Positions 24,000 through 36,828 of a DNA stretch of 64,000 nt are shown piece by piece. The position numbers and the translations under genes are program-made. The notes beneath the pieces were generated by a model. The model saw nothing but the letters and a program-made list of their open reading frames with translations, did not search any database and had not been told where the DNA came from. Position 1 is the first letter of the stretch, and the number at the start of each line of letters is the position of its first letter. The DNA is from Antechinus flavipes. Its lineage: Eukaryota. The DNA lies in NCBI RefSeq assembly GCF_016432865.1, contig NC_067398.1:335730001-335794000 (forward strand), in the 5' to 3' direction.

Positions 24000-25340
24000 C
24001 TCAAAGTATGTGAATACAATTACAAAACAATTTTCAAATATAAAGTCATCTAAACAATTGGAAAAAATATCAATTGCTCACGGGTAGCCTAAGCCAATAT
24101 AATTAAAAATTTTGCCTAAACTATAATTTATTCAGTGCCAAACCAAACTATGAAAAACCTATCCAAAAATAAAATATAACAAATAAAAAAATATAACAAA
24201 TTCAAGAAAGAATAGAAAGAATAGCAAGAAAAAATAGACAAGAAAAAATAACAAAATTCATCTGAAAGAACAGAAGATCAAGAATATCAAGGGAATTAAT
24301 TTTAAAAATACAAAGGAAGATAGCCTAGGAATACCAATTCTTACATCATATCATAAAGCAGTAATTCTGAAAACTATCAGGTACTAGCTAAGAAGCTAGT
24401 GGTGGAATAAACTTGATATGAAAAACACAGTAGTCAATGACAAAAGTAACCTAGTGTTTGATAAACCCAAAGACCTCAGTTTGGGAGATAAGACAAAACT
24501 GCTGGGGAAACTGGAAAGCAGTAAGACACAAACCAGGTAGAAACTTAACATCCCACACTGTATACCAAGATAAGGTCAGAATGGGTATATTATTTAGATA
24601 GAAAGATGACACCATAAGGAAATTGGAAGAGTAAGGAATAATCCACCCCTCAGATCTATGGAAGGAGAAAAATTCATGATCAAATAAGAGAGAGCATTAC
24701 AGAATGCAAAAGAGATCATTTTGATTATAATAAATTTAAAAGCTTTTGTACAAACAAAATCAATGCGACCAAGATTAGAAAGAAAGCTGGGAAACAGTCT
24801 TTATAGCAAGTGTCTCTGGTAAAGGCCTTATTTCTCAAATATATAGAGAGAACTGAGTCAAATTTGTCAGAACAAAAGTCATTCCCCATTTGATAAATGG
24901 TAAATGGTATGTTTTCAGATGAAGAAGTTAAAACTATCTATCAAACAAAGAAGTGCTCTAAATAACTTTTGTTTAGAGAAATGCAAATTTAAAAAACTCT
25001 AAAATACTACCTCACACCTAAGAGGTTGGCCAATATGACAAAAAAGGAAAGTGATAAATATTGAAGAAAATGTGGGGAAATTGAAACATTAATTCATTGT
25101 TGGTGGAATTGTAAACCGATCCAACCATTCTGGAAGGCAATTTGCCCAAAGGGCAAGCAAACTATACATATCCTTTGATCAGCAATACCATTACTGGGTT
25201 TATATTCCAAAGAGATCATTAAAAAGGCAGAAGAACCAACACATAAAAAATATTTATAGCAGCTCTCTTTGTGTTGGCAAAGACCTGGACATTGAGGAGA
25301 TTCCCATAAATTGGGAAATGTCTGTATAACTTTTTGGCTG

Positions 25341-25382
<42 letters not shown>

Positions 25383-26760
25383 ATGCACGCGCGCTGAGGC
25401 AATTGTGGTTAAGTGACTTGTCCACACACCTAGAAAGTATTAAGTGTCTGAGGTCAGGTTTGAACTCAGGTCATCCTGACATTAGGGCTGGTGCTCTATC
25501 CACTCCATAACCTAGCTGCCCCAGACTGAATAAGTTTTGATATATGAATGTAGTGAAATACTATCATGCTATAAGAAATATGGAGGATGTTCTCAGAAAC
25601 ACCTGAAAAGGGTTAAACTGATAAAAGTGAAACATACTTTATACACAAAATAAAATGAGCAGTGCCAGAAGAACTAATGTATAAAGTAAGAGCAATATTG
25701 TGTGATGATCAACTATGAATGACTTGGCTCTTCTTGGCATTGCAATAGTTCAAGACAATACTGGGTTCATGGTAGAAAATGCTATCCTCATGCAGAGAGA
25801 ATAGATGGAGTCTGAATCCAGATCAAAGCATGCTCTTTTCACTTTAATTTTTTCCTTTTGGTCTGTTTCTTCCTTCATAACATAACTGATATGGACATAT
25901 GTTTTGCATGATCACACATGCATATCCTATATCAGGTTGCTTGTCATTTTAAGGAGTAGAGAAGAGTAGGATGTAGGAAGAAAAATTTGGAGCTCAAAAA
26001 AATTTTAAAGTAAATGTTACATATATTTTAACATATTTAACATGTATTGGATTACCTGCTATCTAGGGGAGAGGGTGGGAGGAAGGAAGGGAAAATTTGA
26101 AACACAAGATTTCGCAAGGGTCAATGTTGAAAAATTGCCCATGTATATGTTTTATAAATATAAAGCTTTAATAAATAAATAAAGATTTTAAAAACTAAAT
26201 GTTTAAAATTGTCTTTACATGTGATTGGGAAAAAATTAAATGACATTTAAACAGAAAAAAAAAGGAGAACAGAGGTACCAAAAAAAACTGACCTAGAAAT
26301 TAGACAAGGAGAGAAAATTTAAGAATCAACAAATTCTCACTATTGATTTAAAAATGCTAATTAAAATGACTCTGAGGTACCACTTCACATCTATCAGATT
26401 CAATAAGATGACAGGAAAAGATCATAATAAATACTGGAGGGGATATAGGAAAACTAGGATACTGAGGCATTGTTGGTGACGTTCTGGACTGATATGGTCA
26501 TTTTGGAGAATAATTTGGAACTGGGCCCAAAGGACTATAAAATTGCATACCCTTTCATCCAGCTGTGTCACCACTGGGTTTGTAGTCCCAAAAAATCATA
26601 AAAGAGGGAAAAGGACTCATATGTGTAGAAATGTTTGTAATTAGCTCTTTTTGTGGGAGCTAGGAATTGGAAATTAAATAGATGCTCATCAACTGGGGAA
26701 TAACTAAGTTATGGTATATGAAAGTAATGAAATGTTATTGTTCTATAAGAAATGAGGAAT
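24000..26760 (+). mobile_element. compound L1 ORF2/3' UTR fragments with nested elements
   Basis: L1 ORF2 3'-half-like sequence (ctgggaaaactggaaagcag; gtagaaatgcaaatt; cattgttggtggaattgtaaac) running into L1 3' UTR copies; interrupted by a SINE at 25337-25522. Confidence 0.75.
25337..25522 (-). mobile_element. tRNA-derived SINE with (CA)n tail nested in L1
   Basis: Reverse complement begins ggggcagctagg..ggatagagcaccagcccta..tcaggatgacctgagttcaaa; (TG)n microsatellite at 25344-25381. Confidence 0.8.
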
Positions 26761-27330
26761 AGAAGGCAAGCAATGTGCGAGTTGTACTTGCCAAGTATAT
26801 ATAATAAAAAGACAAGAAAAATAAAATGAAAAAAGTATTCCTCCATCTGCATTCAGACTTCATCATTTCTCTGTCTGCAAAGAACTTTCATCATGGGTCC
26901 TCTGAAATTGACTTGAATCACTATATTGATCAAAGTAGCTAAGCCTTTCATAGTTGATCATCATCACAATATTACTGTTACTATGTACAGTGTTCTCCTG
27001 ATTCTCTTCAATTTACTTTGTATTAATTCATAGAAGTTTTCCCAGATTTTTCCAAAAACATCCTGCTCATCATTTCTTAGACCACAGTAGTATTCCCTCA
27101 AAATCATATAACAAAACTTGTTCAACTATTCCCCAGGTGATGGGCACCTCCTCTGTTTCCAATTCTTTAACTGGACTTAAGTTTTGACCCAATGATTTCA
27201 CAATTAGGTTGATGTCTCCTATATCAGAGGGGTAATAAGAGTCTCTACATCGCAAAGCTGTGTGGATGGAAAGGGAATAGCTTGAGTTCCATTCCTGTCT
27301 CTGACACAATAGAATTGTGAGCCTGGGAAA

Positions 27331-30300
27331 GGTAATTATCCAATAGGGATGTCAATTTCTTCATCTGTATAGGAAGGGGTTGGATTCAATGATTTCTGAG
27401 CTGCCTTTCAGCTCTAAGTCTATGATGTTATGGACCCCAGGATAGCTCCTTGCAGTACAACTTTCATCCTCAGCACAGCTATTTCAGGAATGGTGGGGCT
27501 GGAGAGGAGAGCGCTTCCCTGCCCAGGTGCCTCTCAGCTGGTCAGGATGCTTCTTAGGGAGGTCAGGGAAAGGAACCTCCAACTTGACTGCTGCAATGAC
27601 TGTGACTTGTGAGTGAGTCAGAATGTGTGACTGGGCTGTCCTTGATCTTCTTCTATATGTGTTTGAGCCTCATGGCATTCCTAAAGGATAGTTTGTTCAG
27701 ATGACAAAGTGACTCAGTGGTAGAGAAGGAACTGTCCTGTCTCCTGCACTTCGGGACAGAAAACCCCAGGGTTTGTCCTCATTTGCCTCCCAGGTTACTA
27801 GTGTGAGCATAAAGAAAGACCCCTCAGTGTGAATGTGGGCCAGGACCAGACATTCCTATACAAATGTTGCACTGATCTGGGTTCCCTTCCCCTTTCCCTC
27901 CTCTGTCTTTAAATCTGTAGCATCTGAGTATGGAACCGTCTGATTCTTCTGTCCTGATTTGTTAGGGAGCTGCACATCATAGGATGAGGGTGGCAGCCTG
28001 AGTGAGAGCTGGAAAGGACTTTGGATGTCACCTACACCAATTGCTTCTCCTCAGTTTTCAGATGGGGAAACTGAGATCCAGAATGTTAAGTAATTTTTTT
28101 CCCATAAAGTATTAATTGAGAGATCCAGGTGATTTGTACCCAGGTCCCTTATTTCAATCGACATCATTTCAAAGCCCCCATTCTGCTTCCCAAAAGGTAG
28201 GAGAGGAATGTAATGGAAAACTGCAGGTGAATGGGATTGATTATTTACTTTTGATTTTACTCATTTATTATTATTATATTTAATAATTTGATTTTAATAA
28301 TATATTATATTTATGATCATTATTTACTTATTGATTATTTAATTTATTATTTGATTATTTACAAACCTAATATGTGCCATACTGCGCTCAACTTTTTTTC
28401 AATTATTATCTCTTTTGATGTTCACAGCCCTGAATAGTAGGTGCTATTTTACCCCTATTTTACAGACGAGGAAACTGAGAAAAACAGAGGTGAGGTGACT
28501 TGTCCAAGTTCACACAGCTAGGAAGATTCTGGGGCCATATTTGAACTCAGGTCACCCTGTCTCCGGTTCTCGTACTTGGGATTGCCCCAACCTGAGTGCA
28601 AAGGAGAAAAGTCCCAGACGTAGAGCCTGCGCAGAGCCTCTTCTGCAGTCGGGGAGCCCGAGATAGACGGGAGCACAGCGCCCCCCGGAGGGGGTGCACA
28701 AACGCGACACCGTCTGGGTCTGTCACTCAGCTGGGCCCCTGGCACCCTAAAACAGGTACTGTGCCAACCAATGAGCGACGCCCACCGCGGAGCCACCCCG
28801 AAGCGTGGCTGTGAGGCTTGGGACGGTGTATTTCTGGTCCCGAGAGAGCCCAGAAGGAAGCCAAGAGGGCGCCCTCTGCGAATGACAAGACCAAGGTGAA
28901 GGCCGTGTGGAGCAAGGTGGGGGGTCAACGCCGGTGCCTAGGCAGGTGAAGCCCTCACGAGATAAGGGGCCGCCTCCTCGCCTCGCTTCCTCACCTCCTA
29001 CCCTGCCTGTACCCGGTCCCCAGGCCTAGAGACTCACGGGGGCCCTGCGGCATCTAGTGACCTACTCCAGGTCCAGAAGCTTCAATACCTGCCTTCCCCA
29101 GCCTGGGCCCATCGAGTGTCCCGGGACCTTCTGTGCTCAGAATCCCTCCTCTCCTTCTTAGCCTTTCTTCTTTCCTTCCCGCAGGACCTTCCTTCTCCTT
29201 CCCCACTACCAGGACCTTCTTCTTAATGAATACGGCCCCGGCTCTGACGACATTCAGCACCATGGTCAGAAGGTGCCCTTTCCCAGGCTGTTGCCAACCT
29301 GGATGATCTGCCCGGGACCCTGTCCAAACTGAGCGACCCGCACGCCATAAGCTCAGAGTGGATCCAGTTAACTTCAAGGTGAGTCAGGGATCGAGCGACC
29401 CACCGGGGGGGGGGGGGGGGGAGGAAGCTGAGGGACCGGGGCTGGTGACTGGATGCCCAGTGCAGCCAGTAAGGCCGCTTCTTTGAGTGTAATGGTTCTT
29501 ACAAGGAACCCTTGGCATGCGGGGCAGATTACTGGATTTCAGGATAGAGCAGGGTTTGAGCGCGGTCAGGACGGGCGCAGTGGGCGGGTGGAGTACGAGA
29601 CAGGTAAGGGAAGGAAGCAGGCAGGGGCAGTGGGGGGAGGGAAGTGTGGGCGCCCACCTGACTCGGGAGCTGTCCCTTTTTCAGCTCCTCTCTCACTGCC
29701 TGATCGTGACTCTGGCCTGTCACCAAGGACTTGACTCCCGACCTCGAAGTACCGTTAAGTTGAGAAGCCAGAGATTTCCACTGCCTGCCGCCATCATCCG
29801 GGCTGCGGGCCCCTCGGTGTCCCCAATCCCTTCCATCCTGCTGGCGCAGATGGGACGTCTCCGAATAAAGTCTAAGCCTGCCACCGCTTGACTGTGTGCG
29901 TTTTTCTCCTGAATCTGGGGCTGGGATGCAGAGGTGGAGGAGGTGTGAAGAGCTACAGGGAACCCGTCCTGAAACATGGTTCCTTCCACACCCCTGAAGA
30001 GATGGAGGTGGGTAGAGAAGGCCTTGCAGCAGAATTGCGAAATCACCTGCACCAAAACAGCCTCCTGAGGTTTCCTGCCCTACCCCCTGCCCCTTTTGCA
30101 GACCCTCTCAAGCATCCTCACTTCTACTCCATTTTGTTTTTTATATGTGTTATAGGCAACGACTGTGATCTCTGTGTAGTAAGTTTGGGTTCTCTAAGGT
30201 CTTGCTCTGGAAGGAACTCCCTCAGGAGAACTGAGAAAGTTCAGTGTACCCACTTTATTCTACTTGTTTCCTTAATTTAAGTGTTTGCACAGAGACCTTG

Positions 30301-30590
30301 TTGCCTGAATATATTCTGATGAGACTGGAAGATGATAAAGTGAGAAGTGACATCACTCTTCAACTGCTTTTTCAGACAGGGAATGAGAGAGGCCAGTCCA
30401 GCACAACCCTTAGGTTCAACTCACTGTGGCAGTTGCAGCAGGGAAAGAATAAGATCATTGATACACCCTATGGTCTTGCCAAAAACCTTGAGATATTCCA
30501 TAGGAAAACCTCTGGGATGGGATGTGGCAGGGGAAAAGGCATTTCGGAGAAGAGGGGCACTCAGGTTAGAGTCAGATGCATTGGATCTAG
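27331..30590 (+). repeat. alpha-globin duplication unit C
   Basis: Collinear with unit B from 18566, but lacks the 545-bp LTR and has an AT-rich expansion at about 28236-28360. Confidence 0.9.
28866..29758 (+). pseudogene. alpha-globin pseudogene C
   Basis: Start ATG>AGG (28866). +1 frameshift in exon 1. Exon-1 donor GT>AT (28962). Exon 2 (29185-29378) has multiple indels. Exon 3 (29685-29758) has a large internal deletion. A deletion of about 24 bp removes the TATA box, while CCAAT (28768) and AATAAA (29864) remain. Confidence 0.95.
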
Positions 30591-32289
30591 AGTCAACTTC
30601 TTGCTTATTTCACTATCTGTACCTCTCTTTCCTCTCGTCCCCACCCAAGGAAGGGAATTACAACTGCTAAGTCAATGGTCTTTTCTCCTTTCTTCACCTC
30701 AACATCTGTGCAGCATTTGAAACTTTCAACCATTCTCTCTTCCAGATGTTCTGTCTGGTTCTCCTCCTATCTGAATGGTCTTCCTCAGGTTCCTTGGCTA
30801 GTTTTTCAGTCAAAAACCTGCCTTCTAAATCTTCTGTCCAGAGTCCAAAACTCTGTCTCATGATCTCTTCTCTTCTCTAGCCACACTCTAACTGGGTGCC
30901 TTCTGGAGTTCAATGAGTTTAATTATAATCTCTATTCAGGTGACTCACACCCCTATAGAGCCAACTCTAGTCTCTCTCCTGAGCTCTATTCTCAAATCTA
31001 ATAAAACTTTTCAACATTTTAAACGGAATGTAAATAAATGATATATGATAAATAAGCAAATGAATATATTCTCATGGATTTCTCAAATTTGACATATACA
31101 AAACAAAACTCATTATCTTCCCCTCCTGCTAAATCACCCCTTTTTGAAAATTCTATATTTTAGTCATATAACAACACCATCTTTCCAGTCTTCCAAATTC
31201 ACAGTGTTATCTTCAGCTCCTCACTCAGGTTCCAAATGTCAGCATTTCTATCTCCACAGCATCTCTTGTGTCCATGTCCTTATCAGTCCTCACCAGAAGG
31301 AACAATGATAAAGAATATCAAAGAAAGATTGACCAATTTTTAAAAAAAGAATTAGAAACAAAGTTGAAGAATTACTAAACAAATTGTAGTATGTGACTAT
31401 AATGGAAACAAAAATAATATTTTGGTTGAAGCATTTCAAGAACATTCAAGAAATATTTGTTTGAAAAGTTAATTTATTAAAGTCTATTTAGGGTAGGGGT
31501 TGGCATGGCCCCAAGAATATAGCTGTGTGTTTTCAGTTCCACCAATTTTCTACCCTTTTCACTTCTATGTTACTAGGGACAGGGATATACCTCTTGCAAT
31601 AGTTTTCTGAACCCCACACTAGCAACTTAAGATTCTTGGGGCCCACCCTCATTTATTCTATTTTTTTGATGAACAAGAAAGATAAAAATAAGAGATACAA
31701 TATCAATACCTTCATAAAGGTAGAGGTCCAAAGGTGTTAAATTTTGCACATATTTTTGGTTTTATTCAATGTATTGTTAGTTGTACTAATTTTTTCATCT
31801 TTTTTTCTGTCTTAAAAATACTATTACATAGGATGGCTCTTTGAGAAGGAGAGGGAGAAGGATACTGGGGAAAACTATGGTGATATAAAAAACACTAAAA
31901 AAATATTTATTTTAGGGGAAAAGAGCCAGGCCAGCTACAACTTCCTCCTCAGGATTCTTGGGTTACCCTAAGGTAACTCTTCTCCATTTGCTCAATTCTC
32001 CATTGTTTATAGTTCTTCTACTTAAAAAAAACACACATCCATCTGTATTAGTTACTACAATTAGTTACAAGTGCTCTCACTGCCCCAGCCAGGCCTGCGC
32101 CCCACTCAGGGGCAGCAATCCCCAGTCTCAGACTCTTAGGAAGGATCTTGGCCCAGGAGGAAGGATAGACAATGGGATGAAGGTCCCAGCAGGTACGGCA
32201 CTCTCCTCTGCCCAAGATGCTTGGGCCAGGGAGGCTGAGACAAATTTGAAACTGGGGGATACTGAAAAAGCTAGGGCCCAAGAATAAGC

Positions 32290-33180
32290 AATCATGGCTA
32301 AGAAGACAGGGAAAGATAACGATAAATGTTGGAGGGTTGTACAAAAACTGGGACACTAATACATTGTTGGTGGAGTTGTAGACTGATCCAAATATTCTAG
32401 AGTTTGGAACTATGCCTAAAGGGCTATCAAACTATGTATATCCTTTGATCTGGCAATGTCAGGTCTGTTTCCCAAAGAGATTATTAAAAAGAAAAAAGGA
32501 CCTACATGTGCAAAAATATCCATAGCAGCTCTTTTTTGTAGTGGCAAGAAACTGGAAACTGAATGGATGCCCATGAGTTGGGGAATGATGAATAAGTTAT
32601 GAATGCAATTGAATATCATTGTTCTATAAAAAATTATCAGATAAATAAATTAGAGGAACATAGGATAGTTTATAAAAAATTATCAGCAGACTGATTTCAG
32701 AAAGTCTGGAGGGACTTACATGAACTGATGCTAAAGAGATCATTGTACACAGCAACAAGAAGATTATACGATGATCAACTGTGATGGATCTGGCTCTTCA
32801 ACAATGAGGTGATGCAGGGCAATTCCAATAGACTTGTGATGGAGAGAGCCATCTGCATCCAGAAAGAGAGGTCTATGGGGACTAAATGTGGATCACATCA
32901 TTAGTTTTTTCACCTTTTATGTTGTTGTTTGCTTTTTTTTTTCTTTCTCATTTTTCCCCTTTTGATCTGATTTTTTTGTATAGCATGATGAATATGGAAA
33001 TATGTTTGGAAGAAATGCACATCTTTAACCTATATCAGATTACTTGATGTCTAGAGAAGAAAGGAAGGAAGAAGGGAGGGAGAAAAATTTGGAACACAAG
33101 GTTTTGTGAGAGTGAATGTTGAAAACTATCTTTACCTATATTTGGAAAAATAAAAAGCTATTATTATTTTTTAAAAGAGA
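32290..33180 (+). mobile_element. L1 3' fragment
   Basis: ORF2 C-terminal-like (acattgttggtggagttgta..gcagctctttt..gtggcaagaaactggaaact) followed by 3' UTR and A-rich tail. Confidence 0.8.
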
Positions 33181-34479
33181 ATAGCCAATCATTCAGATTT
33201 GAATGCAGAGGTTGGGAGGTGAACACAGTAGTGAGGATTGAACCAGTTACTAACTTTTACTTTTGTTTGGCCCAGGAATCAATAATAAAAGCCCTAGGGT
33301 TTTGAGGTCCAGAATGAAGAGCTAGAAGATTGGTACCTATCACAAGGGTGTCGTAGGCTGGGGGGGTTTGAAGATAAGACATTGCCACAGCAGAAATGGA
33401 GAGCATGAAGCTGCTGGTATCTTCAGAGTTTTGACAGGTCACAAAACTGATAAAGGAACAATAGGCAGCAATCCAGACACAGCACTTCAACATGAGGTCT
33501 TAAGGGCTGAGGATCATTCCCAGAAGGTTTAACTAGTCCAAGTGGGATATTCCAGAGTCGGGATGTTCTCTGTGGCTGGTGACTTGTACCTGGGATCACA
33601 AAGGTGACATCTCAAAGCCCAGGGAGCAGAATCAACAAATAGACATTTTTGGAATCACTTTCCTTTCCTAAATCTCTAAGCACAGGGAACAAGTTGTGAA
33701 GGAGGCTTTCCCAACCTGGGATGTATAAAAGCCAGAATCAGTAAGCTCAGAAAATCAAGCCAAGAAAAACAGCTTTTCAACACAGGATCTTCAAGTGCAG
33801 GGAAGACACATAATCAACTTGTCTAACTCCGATCTTTCAATGCAGGCTGAGGAGTCTAGGGAAATAATTTTCCCTCATAGGATCTCTAAGTGCAGGTTGC
33901 AGTTATGGAGTATCTGGAAATCTCTGAGTCTGAGGGGCAGAGGCAGGGCTGGTTTTTCACCTGAGCATCTTGTTAGGACAAAGATAGACATACTATTTGA
34001 GGACATTGCCTGGCGGAGTCTATCTACTTTTCCATTCCAGGATCTAGTACTCTAGATATAATTTACCACTTAACATCAATGAACTTTTACCAAGTGATAC
34101 TGGCTTGAAAGATTTTAGTAAAAAACAAAAGGACAAACATTTCATTTAACAAGCAAATGAGAGGAGCAGGGAAGTGAATATCTTTTATAACAACAGAGAA
34201 GGGAGAAATACTTTTACCAAAGAAGCTTCTAGAGAGGTTCATAGGAAATAAAATGAACAGTTTTGATCTGATAAAAATTGAAAAAAAATTTGCAAGTAAA
34301 ATTATAAGGAAAATAGTCAACTGGGTATTTCCCAGTTTCCCAATTTTTCCCAAATTTCCCCAAAATGTATCTGATTATGGCCTGCTATCCAAGATATACA
34401 GGGAATTAATACAAGTGTATAAGAACAAGAGTCATTCCTCAATGGTAATTGAACAAAGGATCTAAACAGACCATTTTAT

Positions 34480-35280
34480 TTTTCTTTTCTTCTCAACAGT
34501 ATTTTATTTTTCCAAATACATGTAAAGATAGTTATTAATATTCATTTTTGTAAGGTTTTGGGTTCCAAATTTTTTCCTCTCTCCTTTACATCTCCTTCCC
34601 CAAGGCAAAAAGTAATCTGATATATAAGTTGTGTATTTACAATCATTTTAAATGTATTTCCATATTAGTTGTGCTATGAAAGAAAAATCAGAACAAAAGT
34701 GAAAAACCTTGAAAAAGAAAAAGAAAACAACAACAACAAAAGGTGAAAATGGTATGCTTTGATCGACATTCAGTCTCCATAGTTCTCCCTCTGGATGTGG
34801 ATGGCATTTTCCATCCCAAGTCTATTGGAATTGTCTTGAATCACTATGCTGCTAAGAAGAGCTAAGTCTATCCTAGTTGATTTATCACATAATCTTGCTG
34901 TTGTGTTCAGTGTTTTCCTGGTTCTCCTCATTTCACTCAGTATCAGATCATGGAAGTCTTTCCAGGCTTTTCTGGTCAACCTGCTCATCATATCTTATAG
35001 AATAATAATATTCCATTACATTCATATGTCATAACTTATCCAGTCATTCCCCAATTGATGGGCATGCACTCAATTTCCAATTCCTTGCCATTACAAAAAA
35101 AACCACTACAAACATTTTTTGTACATGTGAGTCTTTTTGCCTCTATTATGATCTTTTTGAGATACAGACTCAGTAGTGACACTGCTAGATTAAAAGGCAT
35201 GCACAATTTGTTAGCCCTTTGGGCATAGTTCCAGATTGCTCTCCAGAATAATTGGATAAGTTCACAATGGTCTAAAATAG
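34480..35280 (-). mobile_element. L1 3' fragment
   Basis: Minus-strand ORF 34770-34991 (RKAWKDFHDLILSEMRRTRKTL) matches the other L1 3' copies. Confidence 0.8.
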
Positions 35281-35589
35281 ACCATTTTCAAAAGAAGAAA
35301 GACAAGATAAACAATCATCAATATATGAAAATATTCCAAAGCATTAATAATAAGGAAAATAAAATATGACTTTCTACCTCCCAGCTTTCCAATTGGGAAA
35401 GATTGACTAAAAAAGGATAGGGTAATGACAATTGTAGGAGGAATTGTGGAAGAACTAACAAACTAAAGTACTCTTGATGGGGTTGTGAAGTACTCCAACC
35501 ATTCTGGAAAGTAATTTGGAATTATATCCCAAAAGTCACATTCTTTGAATCCCATTTTTTCTATTATCTTTCCCAATTAGAAGACTGGG

Positions 35590-36480
35590 AGGTTCACCTT
35601 CATTAAAAAAAAAAAAAAAAAAACAACCTAATTTGATCTTTCCATATCCAATAGATACATTTCAAATCTCTCCTATCTTTTGTGACTAAACTCCCTGAGA
35701 AATCCATTTACAGTGATACATATCTCCACCTCCTTTTCTTCACTCTTGTCTCAATTCTTTACAATCTGTTTCTGACTTTCTTTTGCAACATTTAATAGAT
35801 ACTTCTCTATCCAAAACTAGTGATCTCTTATTGCCAAATCTAATAGCTTTTTTCAATATTTATCTTTCTTGAACTTGGATATGTTCAATTTAAGAGGTTT
35901 ATAAGACATCCAGTTTGACAGTCTGCATTACTAAGATTGATCCTGTCAATCACCCTCTTCTCCTTGGTATTCTCTTCTCTTTAGGTTTTCCTAGACAGAA
36001 TATTATTTTATCTTCACAATTCTCCTACCTACCTGATAATTCCTCCTTTGTCTCTTTTGCTAGGTATAAAAAAAGGGTATTCCTTTGGTAGGCATTTATT
36101 CAGATAATTTTGTTAATACTCCATATCCCACATATCTATTCTGGGTTCTCCTTTCTTTTCTCTCTTTATTATTTCATTTGATGTTTTCATCAGCCCCAAT
36201 TAATTTAATTGTTATCACTATGCTGATGATTCGCAGATCAACTTATTCAGCCGTCATCTCTCTCCTAATTCAAAATTCCCTTTTTCGACTGCCTATTGAA
36301 CATCTCAGATTGGATGTCCTGAAAATATCTTAAAGTCAAGATATATAAACCCTAATTCTTTATCTTTTTTCTCAATCTCTCCCATGTGCTAAAATTCCTT
36401 AGTGCTGTCAAGAGCACCACCACCTCAGTAAACCAGCTTTCAAGATAGATGTCTCACGGACCTTTTAAACTCACATCCAA
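35590..36480 (+). mobile_element. L2 relic
   Basis: Degenerate L2 RT-like sequence (gatcctgtcaatcaccctcttctcctt..; tatgctgatgattcgcagatc = YADDSQI). Confidence 0.65.
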
Positions 36481-36828
36481 AATGAAATCTATAATTGAAT
36501 GGATGCCCATCAGTTGCAGAACGGCTGAATAAGTTATGACATATTAATGCAACAAAATGTTACTATTTTACAAGAAATGATCAGCAAACTGATTTCAGAA
36601 AAGCCTGATGCTGAGTCAAATGAGCAGAACCAGGAGAACATTGAAACAGTTACAGCAAGATTATGTGATTATCAACTGTGATGGACTTGGCTCTGCTCCA
36701 CAATGCAATGCGATTCAAGAGAAGTCCAATAAACTTGTGATGGAAAGAACCATCCATATCCAGAGAACTATGAAAATTGAATGTGATTCAAAGCATAGTA
36801 TTTTCACCATTTTTGTTTGTTTATTTTT

